Positions 49,601 through 57,103 of a stretch of DNA of 64,000 nt are shown here, one piece after another. Both the position numbers and the translations under genes were made by a program. Origin of the DNA: Myxococcota bacterium (lineage in GTDB: Bacteria > Myxococcota_A > Polyangia > Polyangiales > Houyiibacteriaceae). The DNA lies in assembly GCA_039030515.1 (NCBI GenBank), contig JBCCEA010000003.1:1-64000 (forward strand), given 5' to 3'. The notes under the pieces were generated by a model. That model was given only the letters and a program-made list of their open reading frames with translations. It was not told the DNA's origin and did not search any database. Numbering within the stretch: position 1 is the stretch's first letter; each line of letters opens with the position of its first letter.

Positions 49601-51917
49601 GGATGTCATCGAGGTGGAGCCAGGGTCGCCTGTGGCTCAAGAAGCCTTAGAGCGATTGCTGAGCCGTTCGGAACTTGCACCTCAGGTGGTAGAGGTGCTC
49701 GACCGCGTCTACCGCGAAACGCAGCAGCCAGCCAAACTTATCCGACTCTTTGAAGTACGGTCTGAGATAGCTGATTCCGATGAAGAGCGGACCCATCTGC
49801 TCAGGGAGATGGCTGCACTATACGATACCGAGCTGGGTGATCCCGGACGTGCCCTCGAGCAGCTTCGATGGGCGCTTCTCTTAGACCCACGGGATCTCAC
49901 TCTGCTCGACGACCTAGAGCGTTTGGCAGCGCGGATTCGAGGCTGGGAGTTTCTTCGAGGTGCTGCTGAGCAGGCGGTTCAATTTGAAGGGCTCGACCGC
50001 TTCACCATACGAGACCTAAATCTGCGCGCTGCGGGATGGTATCGAGAATACTTAGCAGATCAGGATGCAGCAGAAGTGCGACTTAGGGCGGCCATTGAAG
50101 CGGATCCAGATGCGGCGGAAGCATATGAGCGGCTTGCACTGCTTCTCGGCGAGTCGGTCGGTCGAGAAGCCGACTTGATCTCAGTGTTGCGAGGCTGGTC
50201 TGCCATCGAGCTTGTCGAGGATGCAAAAAAATCCCGCCTTTTTCAGGCAGCTTCTCTGGCGGAACGAGCCCTCAATGCGCCGGAGCTGGCTGCAGAGTGT
50301 TATTCGGAGATTCTGGCGATCGACTCTGCAGATGAACGAGCACTCTCCGAACTTGCGCGAATAGCGAAACTAGATAACCGATGGCCTGACTTGACTTCGC
50401 TTTTGTCCCGTCAGATCGAGGTAGAGTCGGTGCTACAACACCGACTGCAGTTGCGATTCGAGCTTGCGACCGTCTATGAGGAAGCGCTTTCAGACTTTGC
50501 CGCAGCGTCTGAAGTACTAGAGGACTTGTTACGGGATGATCCAGGCAATCCTCAGGGCACCGATCGACTTGAACAGGTGTACGAGCGATTGGAGCGCTGG
50601 GAAGATCTTCGCGAGCTTATGGAACAGCGTTTGAACTTCGCAGATACCGACGAGGATCGGATTCTAGCCAGAGTTCGACTGGCGCGACTCTCTGAGACTG
50701 CATTCGGTATGCGGGCGGAGGCGATGGACCAGCTGCAGGAAATTCTACAGATGGACCCTCACAACGGAGAAGCACAGGAGGAGCTCGAACGACTTCTCAT
50801 GTTGGAAGAGCGTTGGGAGGATGCCGCTCGACTTCTTAAGGAGCGTCACCGGTTTGCAGAAGAATCCGGTGACTTCGCTGACGCAGTTCAAGTGCTGTTT
50901 CGAATGGCTGATATTTATGCGCGTCATTTGAATCAAGTGGAGGTTGCCATCCAAGCCTACGAGCGAGTAGTCGAACTCGATCCTGCTCACCGAGAGGCGC
51001 TTGAAGCCCTGGCGTATGCACACGAGACGCAAAGAAACTGGGTGAAGACGGCCGATGTCTTGGAGAGACTCATCGCGGTGATGCCGTCCAAGGAGTCGCT
51101 GCAGGTCAGCCATCGCTTGGCGTCCGTCCTGGAGCATGAGTTGGGGGATGCGGCACGTGCAGAGAAGATTCTGCGCTCTGCATTTGAATCGCAGACGAAC
51201 TCGCGGGAGACGAGAGAACTACTGCGTTCATTCTACGAACGTGCTGGCGACTATCCGAGTGTGGTGGACATGCTCGTGCTCGCGGAACAGGACGCTCCCT
51301 CTGCAGAAGAGCGGGTGCGCCTTCTTCAGCAGATCGCTCAGATCTATTTAGACTATGGGGTTTCTCAGGACCGCGTCCAAGATCTCTCCTCTGCGGCGGC
51401 TTACCTCGAGCGGGCAGCGGAGCTGGCTCCACAGATGCGAGAAGTGCTCTTGCCTCTTTGTGATCTTTACATTTCCGCGGGACGAGAGGTGGATGCTGTG
51501 CCGGTCCTCGAGCATATCATCGCGAGTTACGGCAATCGTCGCGTGAAGGAGCTCGCCCAGTACCATCATCGTCTCGGGCGAGCTTTGGAAGGAATGGGCG
51601 ACGAGGAGGGGGCACTTCAGCACTATGATGCAGCATTTAGGATCGAGTTGACCAACGTACATGTCTTACGAGATCTTGGACTTCTGGCCCACAGGCGGGG
51701 GGATCTTGGTCGCGCTCAAAAGACCTTTCGTGCGCTGTTGCTTCAAAAGTTATCTCCAGATGCCGGGATAACCAAAGCGGATGTCTATTACTATCTTGGA
51801 GACATTGCCGCTCGGGAAGACGACGTGCGGAAGGCTATTTCCATGCTGGAAAGAGCGATTGCCGAGCAAATAGATCATCAGGGTGCTTTGGCTCTGCTCG
51901 AGCAGTTGAAACACTGA
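40689..51917 (+). CDS. Giant tetratricopeptide-repeat protein (about 3,740 aa), AgmK/GltI-like
   Basis: Uninterrupted 11.2 kb ORF of TPR-like helical repeats (A..AY..VL..DP....AL..LERLY...W..L). Size and architecture resemble myxobacterial AgmK; orthology is not demonstrated. Confidence 0.88.
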   Translation: MARLTMSNYLGMLQEDPENIEIFEGILDLLTHPDPAAMGENPVRLVEAARVAHERRRELGATAWLLEIQTHLAQEDPDLQAALWKELGRIRQEELLNYATARDAYEQALALRPGDEDVQDAIEHIDRASEKWRQIADRFRQEASSASDASLKSSLLLRAASLVWQYETSEKDRDSESDALFAEARAADLSDTRASRLHVLTLRARGLWGECAKVLLSTAQTTRSRDEKRNCFVKAARIQIRHLEQEEQGARSYLQVLALLPSHEEALRYLVEYYTERELWDDLVTLYEEALRSRQKVENEVGILMQLAMVHWRIRQAPEEAEPYFSRLRKIDPAHSGMLQFYREQSSDASKLLNILGDAHRVAKDQDHKLALAVELARAAQEDSATLERAIDAWKAVQRLNPGHAEAHESLKSLYRKAEKWNALVELLRLELERTAPDHTDEKLELLRQMIPVYRDKLALDVMVINTYNAILQEVPTDSEALKALGETFEAMGRWSDLIQILGKQAEAAGSQEDQVALYMNVANLWIKRFANYNQATKPLERVVEIDPKHLESIRLLKEIYGKKRAWSSLYDVLHKEYELVSDDAERLSLLVDRAKIAGDRLHRHADAVALWRQIARLAPETPGALDALERYAEREKDWPAVAEALELRVERAEDDRMRVKVLQKLGTVYGEHMRDASRAAGVWKRVLEMEPSNGRALRTLRETFIESADFEGLEALYSGVGDWEALVEVLGSAAERTEDSATKLRLSFRAAEIYEDQLEAPQRAFRNYERVLSVDPNNVRAARALLPIYEKGEKWSRVVGLLAVILHTLDEEAADERLSILKRLRELTSAKLSDHQAAFSWAKEAYRLAPKDPDTSKVLEADALATGKFEALVEVYESRLQLARELSEQLDLRRRLATLTGERLGRVDAAIEQLNMILAADPSDSEAIDVLQRLYQAENRTRDLRDLWVHQLEHVSSADEERIQLLFALADLEERSLQEPESALLRLLRVLELRPDDLGALRAVDRLFVALQRWNELVEVVTRQLQLVERDDERIQLADRLAELRLERLEDPKGALEAWGSVLELNLSDSSAIQGLEQIQSQYEDLSLRTGYLLEPAYEASSSWHKLSEVLRHRVQCAVDEPTKQSLRLRLAELLGSRLGDVQGAYATLESAFLDDPRDSELWEKLHAAAGAADRNHELVAAYSVAIEDGGLSSEDSAALARRAAEVWDVALGVPSNAERFHRKVLSVDSLDMVAFQSLKELYTEQERWEELQVLYRSRIAETIDAELKLELLQQLCFLFEEILDDAVMAIPAYQEVLELNPDHLPARRALERLFRKTERYDDLALLLQRNLEEANGQEAIDLTFELGDLYEKHLSEPEKAVDSYDAILTQSPTHMRAQEALERLIEIPEQRQRIARILEPLYEAQGGWRELARVLRVQLEDASDSVARVDLLLRIAEVYESREHDNAQAFEALSQALCCDPADSRSRQELARLAVLDRRNEDHAAVLERAVDASYGDAFLQSDLLLELAKLWDDRVQDHGRAALVYQRLIAIDDQNPDVVLPASRALERIHLAAGDFEALALDLKRQIYLEREQEVRAGLLLRLAELYESQLGQLDGAIQAHQERLQIDPLDQHSMRALEALYELTEQWKQLIDVLQIREASLPDEEEQRELARQVGSIYETRLKDVPGAIAAYNDVLVRFGSDRETLAALIRLYEQRGAWDDLREALRIDLELVQDVESRTELRFRMGELMREQLVDLEGAVEAYAEVLDIQPQHEGARLALEQLLDSSERSARVGAARTLVPLHEASERFEPLVRALCVMADVDDPMLQFQSLRRAAEVADVGLNDAQRAFELLGTSIRLALGDASLESLLLELERHASSSGRWKEYVSLLEEIAPDIFDGELQTQVLLRIAGTSAERLGDYEQARHYYTRVLENQPEHGPALDALERLHTEASDYPALLDILVRKTEIATDSELRVPLLVLQAQLCETQLEDIPAAIDAFEKVLNEAELPEAFEGLERLYERAERYLDLAQLLERKLEQGVGSPVEIQYKLGKISMEQLSDSFAALEYFRGAISARSDHQPSIDALELLMEDEDLRSSAAEILEPVFLAQMNWPKVTGALEARLSASVDVTLRKRLLRRLGEIFEDYLEDLEGARDQYARMFREDPTDSDVWETLGRMARVLDQWEHLAALYTEILESKVFGGEDSIQLAVMAGRLWDERLNNLDKADRCYSMALEFDPARTEVFAALESVRVRREAWPETLALYSDRIQVVDDDSDRASLHRRSAVVLEERLQDMEGAADAYRSVLEIDGSDVACWRALDRILGKLQRWPEQADHLWRRLELVEGTAEALELKCRLGQLSDDKLSDVDRAIDMYEEVLQVDPAHETALKALERLVLGEDHRLRITQILEPLYRSTGQWKKLVAILEAQIDLSHYASDRARLLMEIGDLHESRGKDASMAFHAYGRAFIIDALSEEPRRHFDRLAIFLGQWDQQIAAYEAAVSHCDDPATLSDLLMTIARIHDERRGDPRSAIETYERLLTQYPDDGSALDSLEALHTMIGDWRGLVDVLVRKVDRSYDPGERAEILRRAGSVMEELLGDTAGAVDAYRRASEDDPEDDVALESLDRLYGQLGYEEQLADVLGRRVELGSDPEFRVELNLRLARLLEGSLAQPTEAIEAYIKVQADAPEHEVAATALGRLYHLQSMWPDLLDNLRWRVELASEQAVKVELLCRSGEILETELHDLHEAMALYERALGLDPRHEESLAALMRMTFDEDFRDRAVEVLEPFLIDQKRWGDLAQVLDRKVEGTSDPIERSHLLARVAEVHENGRGDKRAAFESLTRAFDEEPSNPLVLEGLERLSSELDCWSEFADVLAVRASSVLDPMTARVLYVRLARVAEVKMSDLMRATEAYARALDQVGDDAELLAELDRLHHQSQNWPRLCDVLERRIGLESDPSIRNALLLRLGTVKEVHFDDHTGAFVAYQDVIEVEPGSPVAQEALERLLSRSELAPQVVEVLDRVYRETQQPAKLIRLFEVRSEIADSDEERTHLLREMAALYDTELGDPGRALEQLRWALLLDPRDLTLLDDLERLAARIRGWEFLRGAAEQAVQFEGLDRFTIRDLNLRAAGWYREYLADQDAAEVRLRAAIEADPDAAEAYERLALLLGESVGREADLISVLRGWSAIELVEDAKKSRLFQAASLAERALNAPELAAECYSEILAIDSADERALSELARIAKLDNRWPDLTSLLSRQIEVESVLQHRLQLRFELATVYEEALSDFAAASEVLEDLLRDDPGNPQGTDRLEQVYERLERWEDLRELMEQRLNFADTDEDRILARVRLARLSETAFGMRAEAMDQLQEILQMDPHNGEAQEELERLLMLEERWEDAARLLKERHRFAEESGDFADAVQVLFRMADIYARHLNQVEVAIQAYERVVELDPAHREALEALAYAHETQRNWVKTADVLERLIAVMPSKESLQVSHRLASVLEHELGDAARAEKILRSAFESQTNSRETRELLRSFYERAGDYPSVVDMLVLAEQDAPSAEERVRLLQQIAQIYLDYGVSQDRVQDLSSAAAYLERAAELAPQMREVLLPLCDLYISAGREVDAVPVLEHIIASYGNRRVKELAQYHHRLGRALEGMGDEEGALQHYDAAFRIELTNVHVLRDLGLLAHRRGDLGRAQKTFRALLLQKLSPDAGITKADVYYYLGDIAAREDDVRKAISMLERAIAEQIDHQGALALLEQLKH

Positions 51918-51966
51918 ACTAGATGAGGGAAGTAATCGACGCTCGAGTGGATGTAGCAGTGAGATT

Positions 51967-52836
51967 GTGACTTCGAAGGTTTGGATCGATGGAGCACCCT
52001 GCGATCCGGAACATGCGAGAATCTCGGTTTTTGATCGCGGGTTTCTCTATGGCGACAGCGTGTTCGAAGTCTTGCGTACGTACGGCGGGGTGCCTTTTGC
52101 TTTGCAGGAACACCTAGACCGACTCGCGCGCTCGGCAGAGCAAATATGGATTCCGCTCCCGATGAGCTTAGACATGATTTCAAGGGAAGTGCATCGAACC
52201 CTTGAGGCGGCAGGTAACGAAGATTCATCGATTCGGGTGGTGGTGACCCGGGGCAGTGGACCGATGAGCTTGGACCTCTCAACGGCACGCGATCCGCAAC
52301 TTGTGATCTTTGCTGCCGAAGTGGTTACACCAGCCGCCCAGACATATCGCAAGGGGGTTTCGGTTTTGACCGGGCGAGCATCCCGTCCGACTGACGATGC
52401 GCTTGCGGCTGGGGTCAAGGCTTCAAACTACCTCTCGAGCTTGCTTGCTGTGCACGCGGCGAAGCGGCAAGGAGCCTATGAAGTGGTTCTGCTCGGTCGG
52501 TCCGGCGAGGTTCTAGAAGGGGCTACGAGCAATATCTTTGCCTTCGCAGAGGGGTCGCTACACACCCCGCGAGTGGAGGCCGGAATCCTAGCAGGCATCA
52601 CCCGGGCCTGGATTCTCCGTTTGGCCGAGGCGATGGGGATACGGGTCGTACAAAGTCCCCTGTTTCCAAGAGATCTCTACGCTGCAGACGAGGTATTCCT
52701 CACAAGCAGCATTCGTGAAGTAGTTCCAGTGGTCGAGGTCGATGGGGTTCGTATCGCCTCAGGCGCCCCCGGTCCGATGACCCAACGCTTGCATCGAGCG
52801 TATCGCGATGAAATAAGCAGGCATTGTGAGTCTTGA
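51967..52836 (+). CDS. Class IV PLP aminotransferase (IlvE/PabC/Dat family)
   Basis: DRGFLYGDSVFE, GVKASNY, EGATSN, GITR and DEVFLTSS motifs. Confidence 0.92.
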   Translation: MTSKVWIDGAPCDPEHARISVFDRGFLYGDSVFEVLRTYGGVPFALQEHLDRLARSAEQIWIPLPMSLDMISREVHRTLEAAGNEDSSIRVVVTRGSGPMSLDLSTARDPQLVIFAAEVVTPAAQTYRKGVSVLTGRASRPTDDALAAGVKASNYLSSLLAVHAAKRQGAYEVVLLGRSGEVLEGATSNIFAFAEGSLHTPRVEAGILAGITRAWILRLAEAMGIRVVQSPLFPRDLYAADEVFLTSSIREVVPVVEVDGVRIASGAPGPMTQRLHRAYRDEISRHCES

Positions 52837-52861
52837 CCGATGGCCTTTGCCGGTCTAAGTC
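52833..52861 (+). promoter_or_regulatory. Sigma70-like promoter for the small basic protein gene
   Basis: TTGACC-N17-TAAGTC overlapping the upstream stop codon. Confidence 0.5.
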
Positions 52862-52883
52862 TCCGCTCCGACCAGAGAAGAAG

Positions 52884-53072
52884 ATGCCTTCCGATACTCA
52901 GAAAACCCGAAAACGCCGACTCGCGAAATCTCGTAAGATGGGCCGAGCCCGCAAACGCAACTTGGCCCAAAAGGGAACGACTCCAGCGTTTCCACTAATC
53001 CCCGATGGTTGGGTCGAGCCTAGCGCCGCCGAGCAAGTGGAAGCTGGCCAGTCTACCAGTCACTCTGAGTAA
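52884..53072 (+). CDS. Small highly basic protein (62 aa)
   Basis: ATG 52884 after purine-rich AGAGAAG; sequence MPSDTQKTRKRRLAKSRKMGRARKRNLAQKGTTPAFP; fills the gap between genes. Confidence 0.7.
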   Translation: MPSDTQKTRKRRLAKSRKMGRARKRNLAQKGTTPAFPLIPDGWVEPSAAEQVEAGQSTSHSE

Positions 53073-53113
53073 ATTGGAAAGCCTACACGAATCGATAGCG
53101 ATTCCGACCCGCG

Positions 53114-53974
53114 TTAGTTCGCTCCGGCCTCGAAACGCAACATCGGTTCTGAAGATCCATCACTCCGGCTCAATCGCACTGCGAGTGCAATGACGCCAGC
53201 GGCCGCAACCGCGCTACCCGCCAAATAAGGCCAAGCACGTCTCAGCCAGGTCCTTGTTGAGCCGCGCGTATTCGTTTTGTCTTTGGTATCCAGTTGTACG
53301 CCCTGTGGTCCTGTTTCAATTTGAGATCCGTGGATTCCGCTTTGCGGCATGCGTACGGATTCCAGGCTCCCCGAACGAGAACGAGTCGGCTGGACCCGGG
53401 ATCCATCAGACAAAATGCGTGCCTCGAGAAATCTTAGCAGTCTGGCAGGGTCAGCATCTGCCGGTGCGGAACGTCGGTAAAACGTGCGACTTTGAGCGTC
53501 GAACACCGAGATCTTGGGTACCTGGTCGATACGCCGCACGACGATCATCACGAATGCCCCAAGAAAATCAGCGATTTCTGACAGCAATTCGAGGTCTCGA
53601 GTTTCGTTCCAGCCTAGTGCCATGCGGCGGGAGTATAGGGGTTCGAGCCCGTGGTTGACGTCTGAGGGCTGCTGGCCGCATAAAATCTGGCGGGTGCTGC
53701 TTTGGCTTGGGAGCACCACATCTGGGGTGCCCTCGAGGAGGGTGTAGAGGTTTGAGCAGGTCTCCTCGACTACCGCATCCGCATCGCCGAGCAGGACCAC
53801 CCCCACTTTCCGAAAGCTGAGTTGAGCGTCGCTATCCGAGTCTTCGCCCTGCGCGTACGCGATCGAAACAGCTTGGGCGGAAAGCAGGCTTAGCAGTGCC
53901 ACGATACGAAGCGTCAGGCATCCAGCGCCTCCGCCCTGCAGGGAGGGGTAGGAGCGGTCAGGCCATTCGTTCAT
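53114..53974 (-). CDS. Hypothetical exported protein with a C-terminal TM anchor
   Basis: Signal-like helix ending AYA and C-terminal WPYLAGSAVAAAGVIALAV; overlaps the truA 3' end. Start is uncertain. Confidence 0.6.
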   Translation of the reverse strand: MNEWPDRSYPSLQGGGAGCLTLRIVALLSLLSAQAVSIAYAQGEDSDSDAQLSFRKVGVVLLGDADAVVEETCSNLYTLLEGTPDVVLPSQSSTRQILCGQQPSDVNHGLEPLYSRRMALGWNETRDLELLSEIADFLGAFVMIVVRRIDQVPKISVFDAQSRTFYRRSAPADADPARLLRFLEARILSDGSRVQPTRSRSGSLESVRMPQSGIHGSQIETGPQGVQLDTKDKTNTRGSTRTWLRRAWPYLAGSAVAAAGVIALAVRLSRSDGSSEPMLRFEAGAN

Positions 53975-54824
53975 TGTGGTGCTGTTCTTGAGAGAGCCTC
54001 TGAGCAATACGGCCCAGATGGACTTGAATCAGGGTTAGGCCACGGGCGGGCGCTGTTTGACCTGCGTCGGCGCGGCAGGCTCCTGGACTCACAAGTTTCG
54101 GCACGTGATCCACCGGGAGAAAGCCTCGACCTACATCGACTAAAGTACCCGTGAGAATTCGGACCATATTCTTAAGAAACGAATCGCCTCGAACTTCGAT
54201 TTCCACTGCACTCGCCTCGTGGGATGCTTCCGAGGTTGCGATGCGGACCCAGTCTACGGTGCGCGTAGTCTGGTCGCGATAGTCGTTGCTCGCTTGAAAC
54301 GCTCGGTAGTCGTGGGTCCCGGTCAGCATGTTGGCGGCGCGTCGCATTGCATCGACATCCAGCCAGTCGTTCAGCTCGTGTCGACCACCCGGACGGTCCC
54401 TGCGCGCATTTGCTGGCCCGATATGCCACGTAACGTGGCGCATCAACGGGTCGGCCGTCTCACCGACCCGGAGTACGTAGCGATACGTTTTGGCAGTCGA
54501 GTCTCGGCGAGGATCGTACGTCGGATCGCAAGCGGTGGCGTCCACGATCGAGATATCGCTCGGAAGTCGGCTATTGAGCCCCCGTTTCCAGCCTTTGGGG
54601 TCGATCGATCGCGTTGTTGAAAAGGATACACACTGTCCCAGGGCGTGTACTCCCGCGTCGGTGCGACTGGCTCCGCGAACGACGCTTACCTTCCCTCCCA
54701 TCGATCCGACCGCGTCCTGCAGTGTTCCCTGAACCGTCCGTTGTTCGGGTTGGCACTGCCAGCCGGCAAATGCAGTCCCGTCGTAGGCGACGATCATTCG
54801 GATTCCGTAGGTTGCATTCATCAC
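53958..54824 (-). CDS. truA: tRNA pseudouridine(38-40) synthase
   Basis: AYDGTAFAGWQ, ASRTDAGVHALGQ, FLKNMVR and TAPARGL motifs. Confidence 0.96.
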   Translation of the reverse strand: MMNATYGIRMIVAYDGTAFAGWQCQPEQRTVQGTLQDAVGSMGGKVSVVRGASRTDAGVHALGQCVSFSTTRSIDPKGWKRGLNSRLPSDISIVDATACDPTYDPRRDSTAKTYRYVLRVGETADPLMRHVTWHIGPANARRDRPGGRHELNDWLDVDAMRRAANMLTGTHDYRAFQASNDYRDQTTRTVDWVRIATSEASHEASAVEIEVRGDSFLKNMVRILTGTLVDVGRGFLPVDHVPKLVSPGACRADAGQTAPARGLTLIQVHLGRIAQRLSQEQHHNERMA

Positions 54825-54945
54825 TGGGAGCGCGAATCGTGCGACCGATCTCAGTGTTGAGCCAGGTATTTCGATCTGAAAGAGTAGGGGGCGAACAAAT
54901 GGAGCATCCGGATCAAGCTACCTCTTCAGAGGATCAGTACCAGTG

Positions 54946-55713
54946 TCAAATGACCAGTGCCAACCCTCCGGTGAATGCGAGGCGGTCGCCCAGAGGTAGG
55001 TTGGTGGAAGCTGTGGAGCCAAAGATTTCAAAATAGAAATAGGTGTGGTTAATACCCCATTCCGTATCCAATCGGCGCACGCTGCTCGGGTCGATAAAGT
55101 CGAGCTCGAGCGCCAACTGAAGTGCCCACCGCAAGCCGATACTCGTGCCAGATTCGACGGATTCCGCTCCAGTCTTCGAGAACCAGGGGATGAAGTCCGC
55201 GCCGAGCTTGCCGGTGAGCACCAACGGAACATTCAGCTCGCGCGCCAGCACATCGATGCGTACAAGTCCGACTGTACTGATCGGGACCAGATCAAAGCGA
55301 GATCGCTCACTGGTTCGATTGCCGGAGTTGTCGAGCGCTCTGCCCTTATAGCGCGCCCAGTTGATGCCGACGCCGACACCGAGGTGGCCTAGATAGGGAA
55401 TACGATAGATTAGGCCGTCTATTTCAAGGTGAATTGCAGGCCCTCGATCTCCGTCGAATATGTCGTCGAAGGCTTGCTCGATTTGACCATTGACGTCGGG
55501 TTTGTAGACCCCGGCTCCGAGCTCCAACACGATGTTTTCTCGCGATTCGACACTGCTTTTTCGAGGAGGTGGTTCCAAGGATTCAAATTGAGCAGCAGCC
55601 GGTCCTGCGTAAATCGCAACGATCAGGGATGCAAGTGTAGTCCCTATGCGGATCGTTCGGGATGCCATGGTCGGTGGACCTGTCTCGGACTTATTCGGCT
55701 TAAGCATGGGCAT
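54946..55713 (-). CDS. Outer-membrane beta-barrel protein (MXAN_2562-like)
   Basis: Signal peptide; amphipathic strands; LDFIDPSSVRRLDTEWGINHTY motif; C-terminal strand FTGGLALVI; lies directly downstream of a MYXO-CTERM gene. Confidence 0.7.
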   Translation of the reverse strand: MPMLKPNKSETGPPTMASRTIRIGTTLASLIVAIYAGPAAAQFESLEPPPRKSSVESRENIVLELGAGVYKPDVNGQIEQAFDDIFDGDRGPAIHLEIDGLIYRIPYLGHLGVGVGINWARYKGRALDNSGNRTSERSRFDLVPISTVGLVRIDVLARELNVPLVLTGKLGADFIPWFSKTGAESVESGTSIGLRWALQLALELDFIDPSSVRRLDTEWGINHTYFYFEIFGSTASTNLPLGDRLAFTGGLALVI

Positions 55714-55736
55714 GTACTTCCGTCGCGGAGTGCGAT

Positions 55737-56897
55737 TTAGCGTTTATTCCGATGCGTTTTTCGCCGCGTAAACCCAAGTAACAAGAGGGCGCAGGCGACC
55801 CAAAGCACGTCTGACCCGCATTGTCCACGTTGGCAGGCAGGCGTGGAGGATGTAGCGCAGCCGCTCGGGCATCCACGTTCGGGATCGTACGCTTCACAAA
55901 AGCCGGTGGTAGAAATCTGCTGGACACACAAGGCCTCCACCTCGCTGCGGTTGAACCCGTCGTCCACCGCAAGCACCGTCATCGAATAGTAGAATACTTC
56001 ATCGTCTTCGATCTCGGTGGTCGTATTTAGAGTGAGTCGCGTCGCGGTGTTGACCGCGCTGGAAGTGTCGGAAAAGCCAAGCGTCTCGTCGAGTGGTACG
56101 CCAGCAGTGGCTGCCGCCGCGATATCTGTGCTCTCACAGCTTTCTACACTGTTGCCGGCGAACTGCAGAAACCCTCTGTAGTCTCTCAGGTTGTCATCAT
56201 CGGTGGAGTTCCACGACGCAGAGATCTGGCTTTCGCCGCTCCCCCCGGAAAGGCCGGATATCGTCGGCAGATTGTTGTCGAGACCGATGGTGTACGTGCC
56301 GTAGTTTTCCCCGACATCGGCGGTGCTGGCGCTACTGCTCGTCGCAAGTATGGTGAGTACGATTTCGTTTTCTCCGCTGACGCAGAGTTCCTCCATCGTG
56401 TCTTCGCCGATGGTCGCTCCGTCTGGCCGATCGGATGACAGGCCGTTGTCCAGAAGCTCGTCGAGGCGAAAGGTGACTGACTGCGGGTTGTCGCTTGTAA
56501 TCGGTGTGGTTGCGTCGTCACCGGTAAGTAGCGGAATGCAGCTGCTGTTGGTTAAGTCGGAACGATCGTTTGCGTCATTGCAGGGTTCATCTCCGCGCCA
56601 AAAGTCGTACCCATCACTGGTGGACACATCACCGCTGCGGGTAATGCTCAGGGTTAGGGTGACTCCGGTCGGAGCGCCTCCGCCCTCTGCGAAGAGGCAT
56701 TCGGCTCTTCCAATCGGATTCGTGTCGAGCGTTAGCTGGATATTGCTGTCGCCCCGGTCTCGGGAGATTCCATCGTTCAAATCGGTGATCTCCTCCACCG
56801 TGATGGCGAGATTCTGAGCTGCTGCTGAATTCGTGATGAGACATAATGCTGCCGTCGCGAACGCCAGAGCAGATGGAGTCGCCGAGTTACGCTTCAT
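55737..56897 (-). CDS. MYXO-CTERM-anchored surface protein (MXAN_2561-like, FN3-like region)
   Basis: Signal peptide ending AAA; acidic Cys-containing body; VLAVDDGFNRS; C-terminal SGC..hydrophobic helix..RRKTHRNKR. Confidence 0.72.
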   Translation of the reverse strand: MKRNSATPSALAFATAALCLITNSAAAQNLAITVEEITDLNDGISRDRGDSNIQLTLDTNPIGRAECLFAEGGGAPTGVTLTLSITRSGDVSTSDGYDFWRGDEPCNDANDRSDLTNSSCIPLLTGDDATTPITSDNPQSVTFRLDELLDNGLSSDRPDGATIGEDTMEELCVSGENEIVLTILATSSSASTADVGENYGTYTIGLDNNLPTISGLSGGSGESQISASWNSTDDDNLRDYRGFLQFAGNSVESCESTDIAAAATAGVPLDETLGFSDTSSAVNTATRLTLNTTTEIEDDEVFYYSMTVLAVDDGFNRSEVEALCVQQISTTGFCEAYDPERGCPSGCATSSTPACQRGQCGSDVLWVACALLLLGFTRRKTHRNKR

Positions 56898-57103
56898 TCC
56901 CGCGTTCTCTAGCAAATGACGGTCCGTCCACTGCATCGCCTGCAGAACTAGCGGAATCGCTGTCGTGAGTCTACCCAAGTCGGCCCCTCCATCTCGTCTC
57001 CTCTGACACAATGGCGATTTGGGCGTTCAGCAGCCGGGTTCGATCGACAAACCGTCAACGGCTTTGCTCGCGTTCCGAGTCGGTGGCCCACAGCGGGCAG
57101 GGT

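Noticed and set aside
40689..51917. Giant ORF as NRPS/PKS, toxin or phage tape-measure protein
   Set aside because: Only helical TPR-like repeats are present; no A/KS/carrier domains, RHS/RTX motifs or phage neighbours.
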